IMG/VR virus record: IMGVR_UViG_3300020161_002875
Location: 1 to 34,556 of that record
Length of the DNA: 34,556 nt
DNA from: a virus
Taxonomy: Duplodnaviria; Caudoviricetes
Strand: one strand, 5' to 3'
Shown: positions 25,001-32,544 of the stretch, in pieces
Layout: each line of letters starts with the position of its first letter
Numbering within the stretch: position 1 is the first letter of the stretch
Notes under the pieces: generated by a model
What the model was told of the DNA's origin: nothing
Seen by the model: the letters and a program-made list of their open reading frames with translations, nothing else
Database searches by the model: none
Made by a program: the position numbers and the translations under genes

Positions 25001-26483
25001 TGCGGGAACAGGAAAAACTGTTCAATACATTAATAATTCTGGGTTAACTACAACCCTGAATGCATCTTCGGGAGGAAATGTACAAATATCTGATATTAAT
25101 GTTGATAGTGATGGATTGCATATTATTGTTAACCACAAAAATCATGGAATGTACTTTAGCGATAATTATGTAAGAATTTCTGGTGCCGAAACGGACGTTC
25201 CTCCTACAAAACTAACATCAGATTATGCTTTTGACTCTGCCTCATCAATTTTAGTTGCAGATTCTAGTAACTTCACAACTTTTGAAAATGTTGGTGTTGG
25301 AACAACAAATCCTGGATATGCTTTAATTGGAAATGAATTATTTGAATATCAATCAGTAACGACAGGTTCTTTAGATAATGTAACTAGAATTGGATACATT
25401 GATCCCACTTTCTTTAATACTCTTGCCTCCTCGGCAATAACTCACCCTAGTGGAACTACGGTTTACAAATACGAACTTGGTAGTGTTTCGTTGAACAGAA
25501 TTAATACCACTCATTATCTTGACAATGTGAATGTTGAAAATCCAATAACCTTTGATTCGTACAATATTAAAATTCAGATGAATCTTAATGGTGTTGATAG
25601 ATCTACAGGTTCTAGTTTCTCTAAACTGTATTTGAATCAAACAAAGTCTTCTGGCGGATTTAATGTAAAGGCTACTCAAAATGTTCCATTTGAACTTGTT
25701 ACTCCTTCTGTACAAAATATTACGGTACAGGGAACTTCTATCAATGCCGAAATAAGAACTATTACCGGTTCCAGTGTCAGTGGAACCGAAATTCCATTTA
25801 CTGACGGTGGATTTGAACCGGTCACATTAAACAAAATTAATTATCTCTCAAGCCCAAGAATAATTGCATCTAAAATAAATGAAGATGCAAAGTTGGGATC
25901 ATTTATGGGCAAAAAATCTATGAATTTGAGAATGTTCTTGAATTCTGTAGATTCTAGAGTAAGTCCTGTTATTGATACTCAAAGAGTTAGTACTATACTA
26001 ACTTCAAATAGAATTAATGAGGCAATTACCGACTATGCAACTGATAATAGAGTAAATTCTATTGGAACAGACCCATCCGCATTCCAATATATTTCAAAAG
26101 AAATTAGTTTGGAAAATCCAGCTACTTCCATTAAGATTTTATTGGACGCCCATATTAACAATTATTGTGATGTAAGAGCGTTCTATTCAATTGGTGAGGA
26201 GCAAAACTTTATTCCTATATTTACACCATTCCCAGGATATAATAATCTGGACGTTAAGAAACAGATTATAAGTTTTGAGAATAGTAATGGATTACCTGAT
26301 GTTTTTGTTCAACCATCACTATCATTTGGATTTGAATCTAATAATATTGAATTTAAAGAGTATAGTTTTACTGCCGATCAACTGCCATCATTCCGTTTCT
26401 ATAGAATTAAGTTGGTTGTTACTTCAACAAGTCAAGTTTATACGCCAAGAGTTAGAAATTTAAGAGTAATCGCACTTGCATAA
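19047..26483 (+). CDS. VrlC-like / DUF4815-type large virion structural protein (2478 aa)
   Basis: NLNVSPYFDDFD...YYKVLFKPGYPIQARELTTLQ N-terminus, ELARRTYAESGDY, RFKSGFFVDNF, DPLAQSF, SLFKSQNASTW...EDLKF, PRVRNLRVIALA end. Confidence 0.85.
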   Translation: MSQVTNLNVSPYFDDFDANNDYYKVLFKPGYPIQARELTTLQTILQNQVEKFGQHFFKEGAKVIPGNTSYNQYYYAVELNNTYLGVPLDAYAEQLVGAKITGQTSGITAVVEKVLLSTDSERGNVTLYVNYLSSSTQNNSTVQFLDGESLSSNITITSGLLGNTSISVGTPFGITIASNATSIGSAFSIAEGVYFIRGYFVTVNTETLILDQYSNNPNYRVGLFINEEVINSDIDEALNDNSQGFNNYAAPGADRLKISVSLFKKDLTDFNDNNFVELATITDGVIRTVRTPKDYNLIQDELARRTYAESGDYYITPFDLSIKESLNDGLGNRGVFNQGQFTYGGSTPSENLALYQISPGKAFVRGYEVETTSPVFLDIDKPRTTSTLKNLSINYNTGSTFTLNRVFGSPSIGIGNTYVLSLRDSRVGTASLTPAGKEIGVARVYDFRLESGSYDTNNQNLNQWNISLYDVQTTTEITLNEPITLSVPTFIKGKNSGATAFLKSSVTNSASIVLYQKSGDFIPNESFIIDGIGNNRVAIAITSYGVSDVKSVYGIVGTANTFNADTVQSDLFNVGIATISASSGGISTITSTNENFPGKIVKVGNLIKFSNNSTSLPVYVNVVSVGKTTVTVSGVATVTDINQGGLPASTLGVSDLKILGTKLSRSTDDTLYTILPRPNVSSVDLTNASLTVRKTFNVTIANNQLSTPVTAGNNETFLSFDEERYSLIRTDGSTEVLTSDKFDFINGSTQIQIYNLGTNDTATLVATLRKINPKSKIKLKNRVSSLIIDRSKYEASGIGATTLDDGLIYGNYPYGTRVQDENISLNTPDIIKVYGIYESKTTSNPSSPTLVLSSISGPTTKTTDLIIGEQFIGQLSGAIGVCAERITDSQISFILLNENTFKEGETITFSESNIQAVITTIDSPSSNISSNFKFDNGQKGSFYGYGAINRVPDSPEPTRKIKVYFASGYYQSSDDGDITTIESYRGFDYKDDIQVVNSVRNSDMIDIRPRVSAYTLTENSRSPLEFYGRLFNGSGNSAANILASDESIVTTFSYYLGRIDRIYVRKDGSFQVKYGVPSENPQKSTSTEDALEIATVTLPPYLFDISQASVQFLEHKAYRMVDIKQLENRIKSLEYYTSLSLLETNTANLFISDSSGLNRFKSGFFVDNFSSLNSQESGIPFENSIDPKNKELRPKHYTTSIDLIQGPVEGLDPLADLAFETPEGNNIRKTGDLITLDYAEVEWLKQSFATRTENVTPFVISFWQGTIELTPSTDTWVDTVRLDSKVIDAEGNYAQTMALSQQQLNVDPQTGYAPTVWGSWETNWTGKEVVETFDIRTTTVWEGNRTTTSVFRDTLNETKETGIKSRTGTTTFITEQFDRTSVGDRVVSRDLVQYLRSRNIQFVAKNVKPSTQLYAFFDGIDVTKYCTPKLLEITMISGVFEVGETVIGSIQSTGFGLAVVGENESKITLRVSQSNHKEGPYNNPTSTYSLNPYTNQTLPSVYSSTSAILNVDTFSLCSKPQGEFAGWVQSGMVLVGKNSGAQATISNVRLVTDAYTSLIGSFYVPNPNISINPRFENGSKVFVLTNSPINDKNLASTISEETFTSSGIIETSQETIISTRNARFNQQQNFQEEQVTRTSGLQLVSSSLLNQSIAWHDPLAQSFLVDEESGIFLTKCDVFFATKDDTDIPVFLQIRTMQGGYPTQTIIPFSEIVLDPEQVNLSNDGTVATSFVFKSPVYLEGGKEYCIVVGSNSSKYNVFISRVGEVDLLTQSYISNQPYLGSLFKSQNASTWDASQWEDLKFTLYRANFLSSGSVEFYSPELSPGNSQVPTLLPNSLALNSRKVRIGLSSAVADSGITLGNTVLQQETNATGNYVGNAGIATGTLQVINAGIGYTPSSGSLTFNSVNLVTVTGNGRNAKANITISNGVAIAATVVTSGNGYQVGDVLGISTLGSVPSGRNALFSLVSIASTNELILDNVQGDFSIAGTGKTVQYINNSGLTTTLNASSGGNVQISDINVDSDGLHIIVNHKNHGMYFSDNYVRISGAETDVPPTKLTSDYAFDSASSILVADSSNFTTFENVGVGTTNPGYALIGNELFEYQSVTTGSLDNVTRIGYIDPTFFNTLASSAITHPSGTTVYKYELGSVSLNRINTTHYLDNVNVENPITFDSYNIKIQMNLNGVDRSTGSSFSKLYLNQTKSSGGFNVKATQNVPFELVTPSVQNITVQGTSINAEIRTITGSSVSGTEIPFTDGGFEPVTLNKINYLSSPRIIASKINEDAKLGSFMGKKSMNLRMFLNSVDSRVSPVIDTQRVSTILTSNRINEAITDYATDNRVNSIGTDPSAFQYISKEISLENPATSIKILLDAHINNYCDVRAFYSIGEEQNFIPIFTPFPGYNNLDVKKQIISFENSNGLPDVFVQPSLSFGFESNNIEFKEYSFTADQLPSFRFYRIKLVVTSTSQVYTPRVRNLRVIALA

Positions 26484-26716
26484 TGGAAATGAATTATTTA
26501 AAAGTTGAAGGCCACAATAATCTCCTCAGGGATCCACATACAAACTCAATTATCAATACAAATATGACAGAATATCAACAGTATCTTGCGAGGCGTAATG
26601 TAAAAAATGATGAGAATCAAAAGTTACAGAATTTAGAAGAAGATATGAGTAATATGAAAAGTGACTTAAATGAAATTAAATCATTACTTAGGAGTTTAAT
26701 TAATGAATCCCGATAA
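26483..26716 (+). CDS. 77-aa hypothetical protein with C-terminal coiled coil
   Basis: KVEGHNNLLRDPHTNSIIN then heptads LQNLEEDMSNMKSDLNEIKSLL; TAATG overlap with the upstream gene. Confidence 0.8.
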   Translation: MEMNYLKVEGHNNLLRDPHTNSIINTNMTEYQQYLARRNVKNDENQKLQNLEEDMSNMKSDLNEIKSLLRSLINESR

Positions 26717-26882
26717 AATAGAACTTGAAAATTTGAGTAAAAGTTTTGAATACTTCAAAGTGGCATCTGAAATTGATACTATTGATAATTTGGATGATGC
26801 AAAAAACATCGCAAAATGTTACTTTAAATTATATTTGAAGCAACAAGAAGTTGTTGCTCAACTTATAACATCAAAACCATAA
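26703..26882 (+). CDS. 59-aa helical-hairpin protein, possibly NblA-like (not in ORF track)
   Basis: MNPDKIELENLSKSFEYFKVASEIDTIDNLDDAKNIAKCYFKLYLKQQEVVAQLITSKP*; fills the gap before gp13; the NblA resemblance is by eye only. Confidence 0.7.
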   Translation: MNPDKIELENLSKSFEYFKVASEIDTIDNLDDAKNIAKCYFKLYLKQQEVVAQLITSKP

Positions 26883-26885
26883 ATA
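26878..26885 (+). promoter_or_regulatory. T4-like late promoter
   Basis: CATAAATA 20 nt upstream of gp13. Confidence 0.65.
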
Positions 26886-26905
26886 TTTTTAAAGAGTAGA
26901 AATAA

Positions 26906-27754
26906 ATGGCGCAACCATCTACTAGACAAGAATTAATAGATTATTGTAAAAGAAAACTGGGAGCGCCAGTTTTGGAAATAAATGTTGCTGACGAGCAGAT
27001 TGAAGATCTCGTGGATGATGCAATTCAATTTTTCCAAGAAAGACACTTTGATGGAGTTTATCCCACATTTTATAAGTATAAAGTAACAGCAGATGATATT
27101 GCTCGCGGAAAAGCGAGGGGATTGAATCAAAATAATGTTGGCATTGTAACTACATCTGTAACTACAAATATAGTAGGGACTGCCACTACTTTTTCATATT
27201 TTGAAAATAGCAATTACCTGCAAGTTCCACCAAACGTAATTGGAGTGAATAAAATTTTTACGTTTGATGGTGCAAATACAATCACTCACAACATGTTTAG
27301 TGTTAAATATCAATTATTTTTAAATGATATTTACTATTGGGGTACTACTGAACTTTTGAGTTATGCTATGGTTAAGACGTACTTAGAAGACTTAGATTTC
27401 CTTTTAAATACTCAAAAACAAATTAGATTTAATAAGAGGCAAGATAGACTGTACCTCGATATTGATTGGGGATCCGTGACAGAAAATCATTATTTTATTA
27501 TTGATTGTTATTCAACTTTGGACCCAAATGATTATTCAAGAGTTTGGAATGATTCATTTATAAAACCATATTTAACTTCTCTTATTAAAAAGCAATGGGG
27601 ACAGAATATGATGAAATTTACTGGCGTCAAACTTCCAGGTGGAGTTGAGTTGAATGGCAGACAAATGTATGATGATGCCCAAAGAGAAATAGACATTCTA
27701 ATGGAGAAAATGTCCAACACTTACGAACTTCCTCCTTTCGATATGATTGGTTGA
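26906..27754 (+). CDS. gp13: Neck protein gp13 (head-tail adaptor)
   Basis: ELIDYCKRKLGAPVLEINV, FFQERHFDG, KKQWGQNMMKFTGVKLPGGVELNG motifs. Confidence 0.95.
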   Translation: MAQPSTRQELIDYCKRKLGAPVLEINVADEQIEDLVDDAIQFFQERHFDGVYPTFYKYKVTADDIARGKARGLNQNNVGIVTTSVTTNIVGTATTFSYFENSNYLQVPPNVIGVNKIFTFDGANTITHNMFSVKYQLFLNDIYYWGTTELLSYAMVKTYLEDLDFLLNTQKQIRFNKRQDRLYLDIDWGSVTENHYFIIDCYSTLDPNDYSRVWNDSFIKPYLTSLIKKQWGQNMMKFTGVKLPGGVELNGRQMYDDAQREIDILMEKMSNTYELPPFDMIG

Positions 27755-27757
27755 TCT

Positions 27758-29167
27758 ATGTTAAATCCATTTTTCTTACAAGGATCAAAATCAGAACAAG
27801 GTCTCATTCAAGATTTGATTAATGAGCAACTGAGAATGTATGGCGTTGAGGTTCATTATCTGCCAAGAAAGTATATTACTGAAAAAACAGTAATAAGAGA
27901 ACTGGTAGAATCAAAATTTACAAATGCATATCCAATAGAAGCATATATAAACAATTTTGATGGATATGGGGACAACCCGACGATATTATCAAAGTTTGGA
28001 ATTCAAGCATTAAATGAAATTACTCTGACAATATCCAGAGAAAGATTTGAAAATTATATCAGTCCTCTAATTAAAGAACAAGCAAATATAAAACTTTCAA
28101 CAAGACCAAAAGAGGGGGATTTAGTATATTTTCCTTTAGGAGATAGATTATTTGAAATTAAATATGTAGAGCACGAAAAACCTTTCTATCAATTACAAGG
28201 AAATTATACATACGAATTGAGATGTGAATTGTTTAGATATGAAGATGAAATTATCGATACAAGTATTGGAGAAATTGATGATACAATTTCCGGATCTGGA
28301 GATTCAAATTCAGTTGCTGTTGGAAATATACAAAAACTCACAATGGTTGGGGTTGGAGTAACTGCAGCAGCAATTACCAGAATAGTAAATGGTGGTATTA
28401 GATTTATAACTGTAACTAATCGCGGTGGTGGTTACACAAGTGTTCCAACGGTAGGAATTTCTTCTGCACCTACGGGAGGAAGAACTGCATCTGCAATTGC
28501 CAAAATGATAGGCGGAATTGTAGTGTGTAATGATAATACAAACCCTTCGGCACAATCGGTACAGAGTGTAGAAATAGTTAATCCTGGATATGGATACACT
28601 GTGGCTCCTGGAGTTAGGATCTTTGGTGGTGAAGGTAGTGGTGCATCTGCAACTGCAACAATTGGAACTGGAATCGTCGGTATTATAACAGTTACAAATT
28701 CTGGATCTGGTTACGTGATTCCGCCAACAATTACATTTAGTGGTATTTCTTCAGTATCTGCGGCCGCAACTGCTGTTGTTTCTGCAGCAGGAACAATATC
28801 GCAAATTAGAATAACAAATGCTGGACTAGGTTATACTATTGCACCTACATTAACAATAGCACCGCCAAGTATCACTGGTGGGATAGGAACGTTTATGTTC
28901 AATGAGGTAGTCACTGGATCCCAAAGTGGAGTTACTGCTAGGGTTAGATCTTGGAATTCAGTAACTAATATTTTAGAAGTTTCGAACGTTAATGGGCAAT
29001 TTACTGCTGGGGAGAATATTGTTGGAGCATCATCAAATGCCTCTTACAAATTAAGATTTACTGATACGTTTACCCTAAAGGATGGATTTGCTAATAATGA
29101 AGAAATTGAAGATGAAGCAAATGATATTATTGATTTTAATGAATCCAATCCATTTGGAATGCCATAA
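27758..29167 (+). CDS. gp14: Neck protein gp14 (head closure) with repeat insertion
   Basis: EQGLIQDLINEQLRMYGVEVHYLPR, SKFG, RPKEGDLVYFPL...LFEIKYVEHEKPFYQL, C-terminal DFNESNPFG. Confidence 0.93.
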   Translation: MLNPFFLQGSKSEQGLIQDLINEQLRMYGVEVHYLPRKYITEKTVIRELVESKFTNAYPIEAYINNFDGYGDNPTILSKFGIQALNEITLTISRERFENYISPLIKEQANIKLSTRPKEGDLVYFPLGDRLFEIKYVEHEKPFYQLQGNYTYELRCELFRYEDEIIDTSIGEIDDTISGSGDSNSVAVGNIQKLTMVGVGVTAAAITRIVNGGIRFITVTNRGGGYTSVPTVGISSAPTGGRTASAIAKMIGGIVVCNDNTNPSAQSVQSVEIVNPGYGYTVAPGVRIFGGEGSGASATATIGTGIVGIITVTNSGSGYVIPPTITFSGISSVSAAATAVVSAAGTISQIRITNAGLGYTIAPTLTIAPPSITGGIGTFMFNEVVTGSQSGVTARVRSWNSVTNILEVSNVNGQFTAGENIVGASSNASYKLRFTDTFTLKDGFANNEEIEDEANDIIDFNESNPFGMP

Positions 29168-29170
29168 ATA
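29163..29170 (+). promoter_or_regulatory. T4-like late promoter
   Basis: CATAAATA overlapping the gp14 stop, upstream of gp15. Confidence 0.6.
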
Positions 29171-29212
29171 AAAGTTATCATGTTTAAATAATAATATAAG
29201 GGTTTATAAGAT

Positions 29213-30214
29213 ATGTTTGAGTATTTTTATCACGAAATTTTAAGAAGAACTGTTATTGCTTTCGGTTCTTTATTTAATGAGATAAGTATTAAGCACACTA
29301 ATAATAGTGGAGCAGTTACTAATGTCATTAAGGTTCCGCTTGCTTATGGCCCAACGCAAAAGTTTCTTGCAAGATTAGAGCAATCTCCAGATTTAAATAA
29401 GCCAATTCAAATTACATTACCAAGAATGTCATTTGAATTTATTGGTTTAAACTATGATCCAGCAAGAAAATCATCAACCACTCAAACATTCACGGCAAAG
29501 TCAACGGAAGATGGAACAGAGACTAAAAAAACATATCTTCCCGTTCCATATAATATGCAATTTGAACTTAGTATTATGTGCAAATTGAATGATGATGCTT
29601 TACAAATTGTTGAGCAAATTTTACCATATTTTCAACCAGCATACACAATGAGTGTTGAATTAGTTGATATTATTAATGAAAAAAGGGATATACCCATAAT
29701 TCTAGAAAACATTACGATGCAAGATGATTATGAAGGTAACTTTACAACAAGAAGGGTATTAATTTATACATTAAGATTCACCGCAAAAACTTACCTTTTT
29801 GGTCCAGTTTCCTCTGCAACAAAAGATATTATCAAAAAGACCACAGTTGGATATATTGCTGGAGATACTACAAGTACTCCATCCAGAGAAATTGTATATT
29901 CGGCAGAACCAAGAGCTATCAAAAACTATACCGGCACCATTGTTACAAATCTCACTAAAGATATTAGCACTGAGGATATACTTATCACAGTAAATGATGC
30001 TAGTTCCATTTCTATTGACACATACTTAGATCTTGAAGGTGAAGAAGTATACGTAAAATCCAAGGCAGGAAATATTCTTACAGTAGATAGGGGAAGGGAT
30101 AACACAAATGTAACTTCGCACTTGGCAGGATCTCCAGTTAAATCTATTACGACTACAGATGATACATTAATTGAAGATGGTGATGATTTTGGATTCAGTG
30201 GAAGTAACTCATGA
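29213..30214 (+). CDS. gp15: Tail sheath stabilizer / tail terminator gp15
   Basis: YFYHEILRRTVIAFGSLFN, KVPLAYGP, LPRMSFE, PVPYN, QIVEQILPYFQP motifs. Confidence 0.95.
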   Translation: MFEYFYHEILRRTVIAFGSLFNEISIKHTNNSGAVTNVIKVPLAYGPTQKFLARLEQSPDLNKPIQITLPRMSFEFIGLNYDPARKSSTTQTFTAKSTEDGTETKKTYLPVPYNMQFELSIMCKLNDDALQIVEQILPYFQPAYTMSVELVDIINEKRDIPIILENITMQDDYEGNFTTRRVLIYTLRFTAKTYLFGPVSSATKDIIKKTTVGYIAGDTTSTPSREIVYSAEPRAIKNYTGTIVTNLTKDISTEDILITVNDASSISIDTYLDLEGEEVYVKSKAGNILTVDRGRDNTNVTSHLAGSPVKSITTTDDTLIEDGDDFGFSGSNS

Positions 30215-30645
30215 AAATGACAAAGAAATTTGATAGTCTGAACGATGCTTTTAATGTTGATGGAGAAATAGTTCCTATTGAAAGTAAGAGCAAGATTGAA
30301 AAAATAGAGGCAGTTGCTTCTGCAGTTGATGATATTAAAAAAGATTACGATTATACGAGAGGAAATTTATATTCTCTCATAGAAAAAGGACAGGAGGCAA
30401 TTAATGGCATTCTTGAACTTGCCCAAGAAAGTGAAATGCCTCGTGCATATGAAGTTGCCGGACAATTGATTAAAAATGTTGCCGATGCAACAGACAAGTT
30501 AATGGATCTTCAAAAGAAACTGAAGGATATTGAGGAAGAAAGGGTTACTAAAGGTCCAACAACAGTCAACAATGCTCTTTTTGTTGGGTCAACCGCAGAA
30601 TTGGCAAAACTTTTGAAGCAACAAACTGAAAATGAAAACGTTTAA
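30211..30645 (+). CDS. gp16: Terminase small subunit gp16
   Basis: KDYDYTRGNL, ELAQESEMPRAYEVAGQLIK, NNALFVGSTAEL; follows gp15; start may be ATG 30217. Confidence 0.92.
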   Translation: MKMTKKFDSLNDAFNVDGEIVPIESKSKIEKIEAVASAVDDIKKDYDYTRGNLYSLIEKGQEAINGILELAQESEMPRAYEVAGQLIKNVADATDKLMDLQKKLKDIEEERVTKGPTTVNNALFVGSTAELAKLLKQQTENENV

Positions 30646-30787
30646 GCATTTCCAAGAAGACTGGACTAATAAATATAAAAAGAGTATTGACTGCTCAAAT
30701 CCAAAAGGATTTTCTCAACGTGCTCACTGTGCGGGAAGAAAAAAAAGAGCAAAAGGTGAAGAAACTAAATCAAAATCCGTTGAATGA
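30632..30787 (+). CDS. 51-aa basic peptide with T4-type capsid targeting sequence (not in ORF track)
   Basis: MKTFKHFQEDWTNKYKKSIDCSNPKGFSQRAHCAGRKKRAKGEETKSKSVE*; overlaps the gp16 end; ATGA overlap with the next ORF; N-terminus resembles T4 internal-protein MKTYQEFIAE. Confidence 0.75.
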   Translation: MKTFKHFQEDWTNKYKKSIDCSNPKGFSQRAHCAGRKKRAKGEETKSKSVE

Positions 30788-32529
30788 AAACCGTAAAGTT
30801 CTCTCACAAAACACCACATCTAAAAGGAAAACAACATCAGTTGGATCCTAATTTAGATCTGAAGCAACTTGTCCATCACTCTGCAATTGAATTTGTAGAT
30901 CGTGATGCTGATGGAGACGTGGATGTTTTTGATAATCCAAAGAAAAAAATACCAGACGAAAATCCAAAAGATATTAATGTCGGTGCTGGATCAAAAAAAT
31001 TGATTGCTAAGCAAAAGGGAGAAATAGAACACAGTAAAAAAAGAATTGCATATGAAGATACTGTAAAGGAAGAGGGTCTTCGCGATTGGTTTGGTAAATC
31101 AAAATCAAAGGATGGGAAATCTGGTTGGGTCAATGTAGTAACTGGCGGAACATGTGCAAGTGATGAACCTGGAGAGGGAACTCCTAAATGTGTTTCTTCT
31201 GCAAAAAGAGCAAGTATGACACCAGCAGAAAGACGTTCAGCAGCAATAAGAAAAAAAGCAGCAGACCCCGGACAACAACAAAAAACAGGTGCTGCAAAAC
31301 CAACCTATGTTTCTACCGATTCACCAAAGAAGAAAATGAAAGAAGAACTAGATGTGCAAGAAGCAAAGGATAAAAAAAGTAAGGGCAGTGGAACAAAGGA
31401 TGCTTGCTACCATAAAGTAAAATCACGTTACAGTGTTTGGCCAAGTGCATACGCATCAGGGGCATTGGTTAAGTGTCGTAAAGTTGGTGCTGATAATTGG
31501 GGAACTAAATCTGAAGCAGTAGAAGAGCAAAGATATTGTCCACTCTGCGACAAGAGAGAATCAAGATCTGAGTGTTCTTATGGTGGAAAGGCATGGGATA
31601 AGGTTTCCATCAAGGATCATGAATATTCTATGGCACGTTCAGAATTGAAAACCATTGTCGATGCTGTAAAGAGACTTCAAATGAAAGTTGGCAAAGGTGA
31701 AGGTGCTTTGGAAGCATGGGTTCAATCAAAGATTACTAAAGCAGCAGACTATATTGATACTGCAGCAGATTATGTTGCAAGTGAAGAAATGGATGAATCT
31801 TGTTGGTCTGGGTACAAGCAAGTGGGTATGAAGAAAAAAGGTAAAAAAATGGTTCCCAATTGTGTTCCCACTTCAGAAGAAACAATTGAAGATTTGAATG
31901 GCAATACTTTTGCTGAGGTTATTGATTTGATACAACCAGAATCAATTAAAGGATTCAGGTCTCAAGTTAAAGAAGCAACAAGACTTCAAGCACAGACAGG
32001 AAATGTGATTGCAGTAACTCTTTCTTGGAGAGCAAAGTATTATACACTTAAGATGTTCTTTCCGCAAACAAAACTCCCAACTCGTAAAGAAATTAATGAT
32101 GAGTTGCAAAAAGTTTATCCTGGTTGCAACGTTCTTTATCATTCAACATCAGAAATTCAACCAGGACAACCATTAATTCAACCTTTCGGTCCACAAGGAG
32201 GTTCTTTTGGATTTCCTGGTCCATCAAAAAAATATGTAAAACCTTATGGAGAACAAGTGGAGTTTGAGGAGGACTGGCAAAAAGTAAATCGCCAAGATAA
32301 AACTGATGGATTAAGTCCTGCCGCAGTCAAAGCATATCGTAGCGAAAATCCGGGGTCAAAACTTCAAACTGCAGTAACTGAAAAGAATCCAGAAGGTAAA
32401 AGAGCGAAACGCCGTGCTTCATTTTGCCGACGTATGAAAGGGATGAAATCAAAACTAACTTCAGCAGAAACTTCAAGAGATCCAGATAGTAATATTAATA
32501 AAGCACTCCGTCGCTGGAATTGTAACTAA
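30784..32529 (+). CDS. 581-aa modular basic/Cys-containing protein, probable processed internal head polyprotein
   Basis: String of short Lys/Arg/Cys-rich modules separated by Glu-rich linkers; last module (SFCRRMKG...ALRRWNC) resembles DUF6321 from memory. Confidence 0.8.
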   Translation: MKTVKFSHKTPHLKGKQHQLDPNLDLKQLVHHSAIEFVDRDADGDVDVFDNPKKKIPDENPKDINVGAGSKKLIAKQKGEIEHSKKRIAYEDTVKEEGLRDWFGKSKSKDGKSGWVNVVTGGTCASDEPGEGTPKCVSSAKRASMTPAERRSAAIRKKAADPGQQQKTGAAKPTYVSTDSPKKKMKEELDVQEAKDKKSKGSGTKDACYHKVKSRYSVWPSAYASGALVKCRKVGADNWGTKSEAVEEQRYCPLCDKRESRSECSYGGKAWDKVSIKDHEYSMARSELKTIVDAVKRLQMKVGKGEGALEAWVQSKITKAADYIDTAADYVASEEMDESCWSGYKQVGMKKKGKKMVPNCVPTSEETIEDLNGNTFAEVIDLIQPESIKGFRSQVKEATRLQAQTGNVIAVTLSWRAKYYTLKMFFPQTKLPTRKEINDELQKVYPGCNVLYHSTSEIQPGQPLIQPFGPQGGSFGFPGPSKKYVKPYGEQVEFEEDWQKVNRQDKTDGLSPAAVKAYRSENPGSKLQTAVTEKNPEGKRAKRRASFCRRMKGMKSKLTSAETSRDPDSNINKALRRWNCN

Positions 32530-32544
32530 TAGAAGGTTTTTATT

